DNA of 63,525 nucleotides, counting the filler. It is 4 parts of 4 records of this genome, joined end to end, with 100 filler letters (N's around TTAATTAATTAA, not from the genome) between each part and the next. Parts side by side here need not be neighbours in the genome. Positions count along the whole stretch, not along the records: positions 1 to 15,696 come from SRR20825006_424; 3 more parts are not named here. One strand, given 5' to 3'. Below the pieces are notes generated by a model. The model saw nothing but the letters and a program-made list of their open reading frames with translations, was not told the DNA's origin and did no database searches. The position numbers and the translations under genes were made by a program. Of the stretch, positions 1 to 8,468 are shown one piece after another (positions within the stretch are counted from its first letter, which is position 1; each line of letters begins with the position of its first letter).

Positions 1-559
1 CCACGACCAAGTGGAAGCCATGACCATGGCTGACCGGATTGTGGTGTTGGACGCAGGTAACATCGCCCAAGTTGGTTCGCCACTTGAGCTGTATCACAAG
101 CCAGACAATCTGTTCGTGGCCGGCTTTATCGGCAACCCAAAGATGAACTTCTTGGAAGTGATTGGCAAAGGCGTTGAAAAAGATGGCGTTCGGGTGGAAG
201 TGCCTGGTGTCGGCGAATTTGTTTTGCCCGTCACTGCCGTTGATCCAAACAGTGTTAAAGATCGTGCGCTCACTTTGGGCATCCGTCCTGAGCACACCCA
301 CTTGTCAGAAGGCGAGATTGGTTTGGACCTTCAAGCCAATGTTGTTGAGCGTTTGGGCATCCACACAGTGGGCTATGCCAACCGCGAAGGCCAAGATGAA
401 GTGATTTGCACCGTGCAAAGCGGCTCAGCGCCGATCAAAGCTGGTGAGAAATTCAAGCTGCGCTTCAACGCAAAAGACTGCCACCTGTTTGATGCAGAGG
501 GCAAAGCCTTTACGCGCAATTTGGACCTTAAAGGATTGGGCTTGCCTGATCTCGACTAA
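1..559 (+). CDS. Carbohydrate ABC transporter ATP-binding subunit (MalK/UgpC type), 5' partial
   Basis: Frame opens [15 protein letters not shown] (H-loop), then [12 protein letters not shown] and LGIRPEH (TOBE domain) typical of CUT1 ATPases. Confidence 0.93.
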   Translation, partial: HDQVEAMTMADRIVVLDAGNIAQVGSPLELYHKPDNLFVAGFIGNPKMNFLEVIGKGVEKDGVRVEVPGVGEFVLPVTAVDPNSVKDRALTLGIRPEHTHLSEGEIGLDLQANVVERLGIHTVGYANREGQDEVICTVQSGSAPIKAGEKFKLRFNAKDCHLFDAEGKAFTRNLDLKGLGLPDLD

Positions 560-610
560 GACTGACAGAAAATCTCTTTCGAGGCTTTCTTGGCTCCTCC
601 CCACGGGCCT

Positions 611-640
611 GAACCCCATCTTTTGATGGGGTTCTTTTTT
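611..640 (+). terminator. Rho-independent terminator between convergent genes
   Basis: GAACCCCATC-TTTT-GATGGGGTTC perfect 10-bp stem followed by TTTTTT. Confidence 0.85.
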
Positions 641-642
641 GT

Positions 643-1035
643 CTACGCCACTGTTTTCAATTCGCATTCACCTTCCAAATGCCAAATCTTGGCCACGATC
701 TGCCAGCCCCGTTTTTCGTCCCAGACAAAATTGAGGTGATCAACAAAGATGCTCGTGCGTGAGCGCAGGCGCAATTTCACCATGGCACTCAATGGCGACA
801 ACCAATCAATGGTGATGATCTCATCATATCGTTTTTGATTGAAACTGGCAGGCGAAGGACGACTGGCCACATCAGCGCGGAAGCTGGCAATGGGGTCAAC
901 GAAGATCTCGCCATTGTCTGCATCGAATAGGGTGGAGGAGGGGTGAAATACGGCATCCAACTTATCAACATCGCAAAAATAGATGGCGTCAAAATAGGTT
1001 GAGATGGCGGTGAAAAGCAGATCTGTGCGTGACAT
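643..1035 (-). CDS. NTF2-like (lumazine-binding_2/SnoaL-type) protein
   Basis: About 130 aa; YFDAIYFCDVDKLDAVFHP...AMVKL...FVDHLNF...WQIVAKIW pattern of NTF2-like proteins; start could be 1047 or 1035. Confidence 0.75.
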   Translation of the reverse strand: MSRTDLLFTAISTYFDAIYFCDVDKLDAVFHPSSTLFDADNGEIFVDPIASFRADVASRPSPASFNQKRYDEIITIDWLSPLSAMVKLRLRSRTSIFVDHLNFVWDEKRGWQIVAKIWHLEGECELKTVA

Positions 1036-1162
1036 ATAAAACTCCATTGAAATTCTGCTGTAATTTCCTGGAGTTTTCTAAAATTTTAGATCAAATTCCA
1101 GTGGCGGAAATGACGATATGCGTCAAATTCCCGCCAAACGGATATTCGCCTCGAAATAAGGG

Positions 1163-2230
1163 CTACCAAACCCGGCCGCGTGCAGCGACGTCAACCATTT
1201 CGATAAACTCGCTATTCCGATGCAACGCAACTTGGTCCATCAAATTGCTCACCACGCATGTATGGTTCGGGATGATCCGGATTTTGTCACCAACGTTTGG
1301 CTTGTCTTTGCAGGCAGAAAGGTCAACAACCGCATGTTCTTCAGACAGACCACTGATCACCGCTTCAGGATAATCAACAATATAGCCAAAGTCCGAAAAG
1401 CCCAGCAGATCTGACGTGAGCGCCTTCGACCCGGCGTCCAGCACGGCGCGATTATCAGTCGGGCGCGACACAACAGTGGCCAAAATGGTCATGGCACAAT
1501 CATCAAATGTGCAATGGCCCGCCCGCACCAAAGAGCGGTCATTATAAATATAAGTCCCTGCACGATGCTCGGTAGCAGACTTGGCTTTTTCCGCTGAAAA
1601 TAGGCTCGGCGATCCGCCGCTTGAAAGCACGGGGCAGGCAATGCCTTCTTCGGCCAGCAACGCTTTGGTTTGATTGAAGAACAGATCAACATCATCTTCG
1701 CCATTGGGTGACGGATATGTCATCAACCCACCAAAAGTGAGGCCGGAAGCAGCGTCGATTTTCTTCGCCAATGCTAAGGCTTCGGCAGGTGATTGCACGC
1801 CGCAACGCCCGCCGCCCGTGTCGCATTCCACCAAAACGGTTAGGGGCTTATGGCCATCGAATGCGGCAGCTAAACCTTCAATGGTTGCAGCGCTGTCGGC
1901 AACAACGGACAGAGTGACTTGCTCGTTCAAATGCCGCAAAGGTTCCATCTTTTCCGCGCCGACAATGTTGAAGGTCAACATAATGTCTTTAATGCCCGCA
2001 TCAGCAAACACTTGTGCTTCAGAGATTTTTTGACAAGTGATGCCAATGGCTCCGGCATCAAGTTGCTTTTGCGCAAAGCGTGGAATCTTATGGGTTTTGA
2101 TATGCGGGCGCGATTTTTTGCCCGCTTGATCGAGGTAAGATTGCACCCGTTTAATATTGGCATCCACGATGTTCTCATCGATCAGCACAACAGGCGTACT
2201 CAGATTATAAATCGAGTTGTTTTCAGTCAT
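1163..2230 (-). CDS. D-threonine aldolase / DSD1-family PLP-dependent enzyme (fold type III)
   Basis: RPHIKTHK PLP lysine, GGGRCGV, EHRAGTYIYND, LSEEH, IIPNHTC metal-binding motif. Confidence 0.92.
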   Translation of the reverse strand: MTENNSIYNLSTPVVLIDENIVDANIKRVQSYLDQAGKKSRPHIKTHKIPRFAQKQLDAGAIGITCQKISEAQVFADAGIKDIMLTFNIVGAEKMEPLRHLNEQVTLSVVADSAATIEGLAAAFDGHKPLTVLVECDTGGGRCGVQSPAEALALAKKIDAASGLTFGGLMTYPSPNGEDDVDLFFNQTKALLAEEGIACPVLSSGGSPSLFSAEKAKSATEHRAGTYIYNDRSLVRAGHCTFDDCAMTILATVVSRPTDNRAVLDAGSKALTSDLLGFSDFGYIVDYPEAVISGLSEEHAVVDLSACKDKPNVGDKIRIIPNHTCVVSNLMDQVALHRNSEFIEMVDVAARGRVW

Positions 2231-2261
2231 TATGATTTCCCGCTTGGCGCGTTTGATTTGG

Positions 2262-3743
2262 TTAGCCCAGATTATGCGGATCAGCGACCTTGGGCCAAAT
2301 GTTTTTTGGCGCTTTTTGATAATCTGTTGTCGCAGGGTCGTTAGGATAAGGTCGACCTGCTGAACAATAAATCACCTTCTCCGCAATCGGCGCGAATGAA
2401 TCATAGAAATGATTGGTGGATTTGATCAGCAAAATATCCTTGCGCGTCCAATCGACACCGCCCACTTCAAAAAGGCTCTTATCAAAACTTTGGCAGCGGG
2501 TTGAATTCAGAATGACTTCAATCCCGTCAAAGCTGATTGTGGCAATATCGCCCATGGGCACAAAGCTATCGCCAAAACGGTGCTCTGCATTGGCGACAAG
2601 CTTTTCAACCTTCACCCGCTTATCCACCGGATTGCCAGTGAAAGGAGCTGACTTTGCGCCGAACCGAAGTGGGATCACCGCACCTTCGCCAGCAGCGAAA
2701 CAGATTTGCACCGCAATCGGGTCCCAAATGGTGCCAACAGCAAAGTTGCTGGCGCCAACGCGCATCAGCTCTTCCAAAATCACGGTAGCGTCACCCGCAG
2801 TACCGCCACCTGGATTGTCCCACATATCTGTTAGAACTACAGGCTTTTGCGCACCTTTGGCAGTGGCCACGGCATCGGCTACTGCGTCAACCTCATTGGG
2901 TTGTTCAGGCATGCATTTGCCGCGCATGGCAAAAACTTCAAGGCCGAGTTCCCGCGCAAGCTGAGCGCCTTTTTCCTTCTGTCCATCAGTCACCACCACC
3001 ATTTTGGTGCCCATTTCGGGTACGTCAGATGCCATAAAACCGTGGATGAGGGAGAGAGATAAAATATCTTGATCGCTTTTTTCAAGCGATACCATCTTAT
3101 CAACGAAATTGCGCATTGGCTGGCGCGATGTGGGAAACACATCGATCATCTTGCAATCAAATACATTCACCTCAGGCTTCACTTGGCCCTGAAGTGTGGC
3201 GTCCAAAATGCGATAAAGATCTTCTGCGCGATCCACAAAATCAATGTGAGGAAACTCTTTGAACGCCATAAAGAAGTCGAGTTGCTCCACCCGCTTTTGC
3301 GTGAGCTGGCTGTGCGGATCAAAAGTGGCGCAGATCACACAATCCGCGCCAACAATTTCACGAACCCGTGCGAGCAAGTCGCCCTCCGGGTCATCATAAT
3401 CTGCGGCCACCATCGCCCCATGCAAACCAAGCGCCACCGCATCAAGCGGCATAGCTTGTTTCACTTGGTCCAAAATCTCATCACGCAAGCTTTCAAAAGC
3501 CTGAGAGTTGATGATGCCGGCGGGGTCTGCCCAAGCGGCGGTGCCTTCAATAAAGGTCCACTGCTTTTCCTTTGCCCATTTGCGGCCAATTGGGATGACT
3601 GCAGAACAAAGGGTCGGGGTCTCTGGGTGGGTGCCAGGACGGGCATACAAGGATGCCTCAAAACCCCGCCGATCAATTGCGATAGGTGAAAAAGTGTTCG
3701 ATTCGGTGGCCAAGGCCGCCGAGAAGACGCGCAGATTTGCCAT
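2262..3743 (-). CDS. M81 family (MlrC-like) metallo-amidohydrolase, paralog 1
   Basis: ATESNTFS, LHGAM..DDPEGDLL, FDPH, FPHID, DNPGGG, KSTNHF motifs. Confidence 0.9.
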   Translation of the reverse strand: MANLRVFSAALATESNTFSPIAIDRRGFEASLYARPGTHPETPTLCSAVIPIGRKWAKEKQWTFIEGTAAWADPAGIINSQAFESLRDEILDQVKQAMPLDAVALGLHGAMVAADYDDPEGDLLARVREIVGADCVICATFDPHSQLTQKRVEQLDFFMAFKEFPHIDFVDRAEDLYRILDATLQGQVKPEVNVFDCKMIDVFPTSRQPMRNFVDKMVSLEKSDQDILSLSLIHGFMASDVPEMGTKMVVVTDGQKEKGAQLARELGLEVFAMRGKCMPEQPNEVDAVADAVATAKGAQKPVVLTDMWDNPGGGTAGDATVILEELMRVGASNFAVGTIWDPIAVQICFAAGEGAVIPLRFGAKSAPFTGNPVDKRVKVEKLVANAEHRFGDSFVPMGDIATISFDGIEVILNSTRCQSFDKSLFEVGGVDWTRKDILLIKSTNHFYDSFAPIAEKVIYCSAGRPYPNDPATTDYQKAPKNIWPKVADPHNLG

Positions 3744-3748
3744 GTTAA

Positions 3749-4255
3749 TTAAGCTCTTTCGCCACCCATGGGATTAGGCAAATAGCCAGTGAAACCTGTA
3801 ATCTTCCAACGCCCGTCCACATTGGCGCAGTAATATACAGTTTGCCACAACATGCGATCGCTCGTGCCGTCAGCGCGTGGAATGCGGCCATCAAATTTCT
3901 TGTGCACAATGGCCTTATCGCCATTAATTTCAATGTCGCGCAGCACGGTCGCGCTGAAAATCGCGTCCATCGGGTCGCCAGCGAAGGCACCTGCCTGCGA
4001 TTCCTTTTGGAAATCGTGAGCCTGACGCAACCACTCATCTGCATAATCTTTAAGGGTCGGGAAAGCCAAACGCCAATGGTCTGGGTTGGCAGTGTTGTGC
4101 CCATGTACGCCCATAAAGCCTTGTTCTACAAAGTCATTTTCGACCATTGACCAATCGGCTGCGATAAAGGCTTTGATGTCACGATCCACCAACATTTCCC
4201 AAATTTGATGGCGTGCACTGTCTGATTTTTCGAAAGGATTCTGTCTTGCTGTCAC
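3749..4255 (-). CDS. Conserved hypothetical protein, probable NTF2-like fold
   Basis: 168 aa, 5 bp upstream of the M81 gene; DIKAFIAADW...GDKAIVHKKFDG...GRWKITGFTGYLP resembles NTF2/SnoaL strand endings. Confidence 0.65.
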   Translation of the reverse strand: MTARQNPFEKSDSARHQIWEMLVDRDIKAFIAADWSMVENDFVEQGFMGVHGHNTANPDHWRLAFPTLKDYADEWLRQAHDFQKESQAGAFAGDPMDAIFSATVLRDIEINGDKAIVHKKFDGRIPRADGTSDRMLWQTVYYCANVDGRWKITGFTGYLPNPMGGERA

Positions 4256-4380
4256 GATACTTTACTCGGCAAAAAATTTTCATTTTTGTTAAAATTCCTA
4301 TAGAAAAACTGGATTATTTCTGCTCATATGTCAATCTATAAGAAAATAATTTACATCGCTGTAGAATTTGGAGACGATCA
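4256..4380. promoter_or_regulatory. AT-rich divergent promoter region with candidate RpiR operator(s)
   Basis: 125-bp AT-rich spacer between divergent operons; imperfect palindrome GAAAATAATTTAC near 4342-4354. Confidence 0.45.
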
Positions 4381-4770
4381 ATGACGATTAAACGTTATGG
4401 GGCGGAAAAATCTGGCGCGGGCGGCCAAAATTTGCCTTTTGCACGCGCAGTTGAAGCCGATGGCTGGCTGCATGTTTCTGGCCAAGTGGCCATGAAAGAC
4501 GGCGAAATCGTCGGTGGCAATATTGTTGAGCAAACCCATGTGGCGATCAAGAACCTAATCGCGATTTTGGAAGAAGCCGGTTACGGCATGGAACATGTTG
4601 TGCGCGTTGGCGTATGGCTGGATGATCCACGTGACTTTTGGTCGTTCAATGGCGTTTACAAATCTTACTTTGGCGAACATCCACCTGCACGCGCCTGTGT
4701 ACAATCGAGCTTAATGGTCGATTGTAAGGTTGAAGTGGATTGCATTGCCTTTGATCCCAGCCGTAAATAG
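4381..4770 (+). CDS. RidA/YjgF family enamine/imine deaminase
   Basis: 129 aa; VSGQV, FNGVYKSYF, PPARACV (catalytic Arg), VEVD. Confidence 0.92.
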   Translation: MTIKRYGAEKSGAGGQNLPFARAVEADGWLHVSGQVAMKDGEIVGGNIVEQTHVAIKNLIAILEEAGYGMEHVVRVGVWLDDPRDFWSFNGVYKSYFGEHPPARACVQSSLMVDCKVEVDCIAFDPSRK

Positions 4771-4795
4771 GGTCTGGTAACAAAAAGGCGGATCG

Positions 4796-5662
4796 ATGGC
4801 GGATATCATTGCCACATTGCAAAAGCAGCTTTCAGAGCTTTCCCGCTCAGAGCAGCGCATTGCAGAAATTGTTTTCGAAGACAAACAATTTGCAGTGAAT
4901 GCCTCCATTATCGAATTGGCGGCGCGCGCAGACGTGTCGCCGCCAACCGTTACCCGCTTTTGCCGTCGCTTGGGGTGCAACTCTTTTTCAGAGTTTAAAG
5001 TGCGGCTCGCACAGTCTGCTTTTATCGGCACGCGTTATCTGGAGCCTGAAATCAAGGTCACCAGTACGCAAGAGGTGATCGATACAGTGATGGGTCGTGC
5101 GCAATCCACCCTCAATGTGTTGCACGAAAATGTAAACGCTGAGGTGGTGGAGGAATTTGCGGCGCAAATTCTAAATGCCAAAATGATCTATGCCTTCGGG
5201 TCAGGCGGCAATTCATCATTGTTTGCCCATGAGGTGCAAAACCGACTGTTCCGGTTGGGCTTGCGCGTCACCGCATCGGAAGACCATTCCATGCAATTGA
5301 TGACAGCCTCCACCTTGGGCGAAGATGACATGGTGATCGGGCTTTCCATTTCCGGCCGCAACCGAGAATTGGCACGGGCGCTTGAAGTGGCCGCTGGCTA
5401 CGGCGCATACACAGCAAGTATCACCAAAGGTGAGAGCATTGTGGCGCAATCCAGCAATCTTAGTCTGGCCGTGGATTTGCCAGAGGGCACAGATGTGCTG
5501 CGCCCATCTTCTGCTCGATATGCCTTTTTGGCTGCGATTGATATGATCGCCTTTTTGGTGGCGATCAGACGCAAAGATAGCGCGATTGAACCGCTGCGCC
5601 GCATTAAGCGGCAATTGGTGACCTATCGCGATGAGGACGATACACAAGTACTTGGAGATTAG
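4796..5662 (+). CDS. MurR/RpiR family transcriptional regulator (HTH + SIS)
   Basis: LSRSEQRIA...VSPPTVTRFCRRLGCNSFSEFK HTH; SISGRN SIS motif. Confidence 0.95.
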   Translation: MADIIATLQKQLSELSRSEQRIAEIVFEDKQFAVNASIIELAARADVSPPTVTRFCRRLGCNSFSEFKVRLAQSAFIGTRYLEPEIKVTSTQEVIDTVMGRAQSTLNVLHENVNAEVVEEFAAQILNAKMIYAFGSGGNSSLFAHEVQNRLFRLGLRVTASEDHSMQLMTASTLGEDDMVIGLSISGRNRELARALEVAAGYGAYTASITKGESIVAQSSNLSLAVDLPEGTDVLRPSSARYAFLAAIDMIAFLVAIRRKDSAIEPLRRIKRQLVTYRDEDDTQVLGD

Positions 5663-5665
5663 ATC

Positions 5666-6457
5666 GTGTCTGATCAAGCACAACAAAAAACAGCCATCGT
5701 CACTGGCGCTGGCGGCGACATTGGTCGCGCCATTTGTGTAGAGCTAGCAAAAGATGGCTTTGCGGTTGTGGCGCTTGATATTGCGCAAGAGCCAAATGAT
5801 GAAACCATCCGCCAAGTGCGCGAAGCGGGCGGCAAAGGCGAAGCACTGATCTGCGATATTTTGGATGCGGATGACCGCGCCAAAATGGTGGAATCCGGGC
5901 GGGCGCTGGGCGCAATCTCATTGTTGGTGAACAATGTGGGCGCAATCACAGCAGAGAGCTTGCAGCAGGCTACTGTCGAGAATTTTCAACAAGATTTTAA
6001 AATCAATCAGCTGGGTGCCTTTGCATGTTTCAAAGCCATCGAGCAGGATTTGATCGCCAATAAGGGCGTGTTGACCAATATTGCATCGGTCAATGGTTTG
6101 GGCGTTTTCGGGCACCCAGGCTATAGCGCCGCGAAGGCAAGCCTTATTCACTTCACCCGTTTGGTGGCAGTTGAATATGGCAAATATGGCATTCGCGCCA
6201 ATGCGATTGCCCCTGGCACCGTGCGCACCCAAGCATGGGACGAACGGGCCAAGAAAAATCCTCAAGTATTTGAGGATGCAAAACGCTGGTATCCCTTGCA
6301 GCGTGTTGCCGACCCTATCGACATCGCAAATGTGGTGAGCTTTATTTCGTCTCCAGCTGCGGCTGCAATTTCAGGCGCCTGTCTGCCTGTGGATTGCGGG
6401 CTAACTGCAGGGCAGGCGGAATTGGCCGGCACCTTTGCACAATCAGAAGACTATTAG
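5666..6457 (+). CDS. SDR family NAD(P)-dependent oxidoreductase (candidate sugar 1-dehydrogenase)
   Basis: TGAGGDIG, LVNNVG, ASVNG, YSAAK catalytic motif, IRANAIAPG. Confidence 0.92.
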   Translation: MSDQAQQKTAIVTGAGGDIGRAICVELAKDGFAVVALDIAQEPNDETIRQVREAGGKGEALICDILDADDRAKMVESGRALGAISLLVNNVGAITAESLQQATVENFQQDFKINQLGAFACFKAIEQDLIANKGVLTNIASVNGLGVFGHPGYSAAKASLIHFTRLVAVEYGKYGIRANAIAPGTVRTQAWDERAKKNPQVFEDAKRWYPLQRVADPIDIANVVSFISSPAAAAISGACLPVDCGLTAGQAELAGTFAQSEDY

Positions 6458-6504
6458 AGGAAATCCTGTCGATTTCCGTCCCTAAGATTTAAGAGGAACA
6501 TATT

Positions 6505-8427
6505 ATGTCAACGCCAAAATTCCGTCTTGAGGCCACATGGGTGGACTGCGGGGAGGAGCCAGCGAAGATGAAGCTGGCGCTGACGAACCTTTCTGGCGCA
6601 GACCTGAAAAATTTTCGATTGTCCTACACAGGTTTGATGCGTGTTAAAGCCGACGTTGAAGTGGAAAATGCCACTTTTGTGAAACGCTTTGCCAATTTCC
6701 ACCAGTTTGATCCGCTCGACAATGTTGTCGTGGCAGATGGTGACACTTGGGAATTCACCGTTCAAAACCTGACCAGCAACGCCCAACACCGTATGGATGG
6801 GCCAAAATCTGGTTATGTGACCCTTGAGGACGGGGCGCATGTGGATGTGGACGCAGGCGATTTGCAAATTGAAGGTCGCCCAAGTGAGTTTGCCGGCAAT
6901 CTTGTCCCAGAAGGCAAATTGACTGACCCAATTGCTGTGGTGCCATGGCCAAACCATGTTGCCGTCAGTGATTTTGATACGCCACCAGTGGTGCTGTGCG
7001 CTGCCGAAGGCACAAGCGCTGACGAGAAGCGCGCGATCAACAACGTGGCTGCATTGGCCAAGCGCCTGAAGCACGAATTGCCAGACCGTTTGCGCCTGAC
7101 AAATGTGCCCGGCGGTCGCAAATTGACTTTGGTGAACAACGCCGCTTTGGCCAGCGAAGCCTATGAGCTTTCGTTCGCGAAAGACGAAGTTGTTTTGACC
7201 TATGGCGATAAGGCTGGATTGAACTATGGTTTGATCACCCTGTCGCACATGATGGACGGGGCAAAAGCTGAACCGACCAAGTTCAAATTCCCAACATCAG
7301 GCGAAATCAAAGATGCCCCACGCTATGAATGGCGCGGGTCTCATTTGGACGTGTCTCGTCAATTCTACCCAACAGATGCAGTGTCTCGCTTCATCGACAT
7401 TTTGGCGTGGAACAAGCTGAACAAATTCCACTGGCACCTGTCTGACGATGAAGGCTGGCGCGTGGAGATTAAAGGCTACCCCAACCTCACCAAAGATGGG
7501 GCTGTGATGGGCGAAGGCCACGCCATGCCCGCACAATTGGGTGCTGGCCATGAATCAACAGGCGGTTTCTACACCCAGGAAGAGATCAAGGATTTGATCA
7601 TTCACGGGCAGGCGCTCAATGTTGAGATTATGCCAGAATTGGATATTCCGGGGCACTGTAACGCCGTGTTGGCAGCTTATCCTGAGTTGCGCGACCCTGA
7701 AGAGCCAGATGACAATTACCGCTCTATCCAAGGCTATCCAAACAATGCCATCAACCCGGGCATTCCAGCCACGTACAAATTCATCGAAACAGTGATGGAA
7801 GAAATTTCCGAACTGTTCCCGTCCAAATATATCCATGTGGGCGGTGATGAAGTGGATGAGAACTCTTGGTTGCAATCTCCAGCAGCACAAAAAGTGATGA
7901 ATGAAGAACGCTTGAACGGCACCATGCAGTTGCAAGCACACTTTTTGGGTAAAGTGCAAAAATCAATCCGCAAAAAAGGCAAAATTGTCGGCGGTTGGGA
8001 TGAAGTATCTCACGGCGGCGGCATTGATAAAGAAGGCGGCACGCTTCTGTTTGCATGGCAAAAGCCAGAGGTTGGCTTGGAGCTTGCCGAGCAGGGCTAT
8101 GACGTGGTGATGACACCCGGCCAAGCCTATTATCTCGACATGGCACAATCACCAGTTTGGCAGGAATCAGGTGCATTTTGGGCGGGCTATGCCTCACCAG
8201 AAAAAACCTACACCTATGAAGCCGCTGGTGAATTCCCAGACCATTTGAAAGGTCGCTTGAAGGGCGTTCAAGCTTGTATCTGGTCAGAGCATTTGATTTC
8301 GCGTCAAGTGTTCAACCATCAAGTTTTCCCCCGCTTAAATGCAATTGCTGAAGCTGGGTGGACGGAAAAGGAGAAAAAGGACTGGCCACGTTTTGCTGCA
8401 CAATGCAAAATGCTGCCACGTCTATAA
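6505..8427 (+). CDS. Beta-N-acetylhexosaminidase (GH20), no signal peptide
   Basis: DAPRYEWRGSHLDVSRQF, FHWHLSDDEGWR, ELDIPGH, HVGGDE catalytic pair, GVQACIWSE, FPRL. Confidence 0.95.
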   Translation: MSTPKFRLEATWVDCGEEPAKMKLALTNLSGADLKNFRLSYTGLMRVKADVEVENATFVKRFANFHQFDPLDNVVVADGDTWEFTVQNLTSNAQHRMDGPKSGYVTLEDGAHVDVDAGDLQIEGRPSEFAGNLVPEGKLTDPIAVVPWPNHVAVSDFDTPPVVLCAAEGTSADEKRAINNVAALAKRLKHELPDRLRLTNVPGGRKLTLVNNAALASEAYELSFAKDEVVLTYGDKAGLNYGLITLSHMMDGAKAEPTKFKFPTSGEIKDAPRYEWRGSHLDVSRQFYPTDAVSRFIDILAWNKLNKFHWHLSDDEGWRVEIKGYPNLTKDGAVMGEGHAMPAQLGAGHESTGGFYTQEEIKDLIIHGQALNVEIMPELDIPGHCNAVLAAYPELRDPEEPDDNYRSIQGYPNNAINPGIPATYKFIETVMEEISELFPSKYIHVGGDEVDENSWLQSPAAQKVMNEERLNGTMQLQAHFLGKVQKSIRKKGKIVGGWDEVSHGGGIDKEGGTLLFAWQKPEVGLELAEQGYDVVMTPGQAYYLDMAQSPVWQESGAFWAGYASPEKTYTYEAAGEFPDHLKGRLKGVQACIWSEHLISRQVFNHQVFPRLNAIAEAGWTEKEKKDWPRFAAQCKMLPRL

Positions 8428-8468
8428 TCCTCCCCAATTAAACCCTTCAAAAGAATAGGGACATCATA

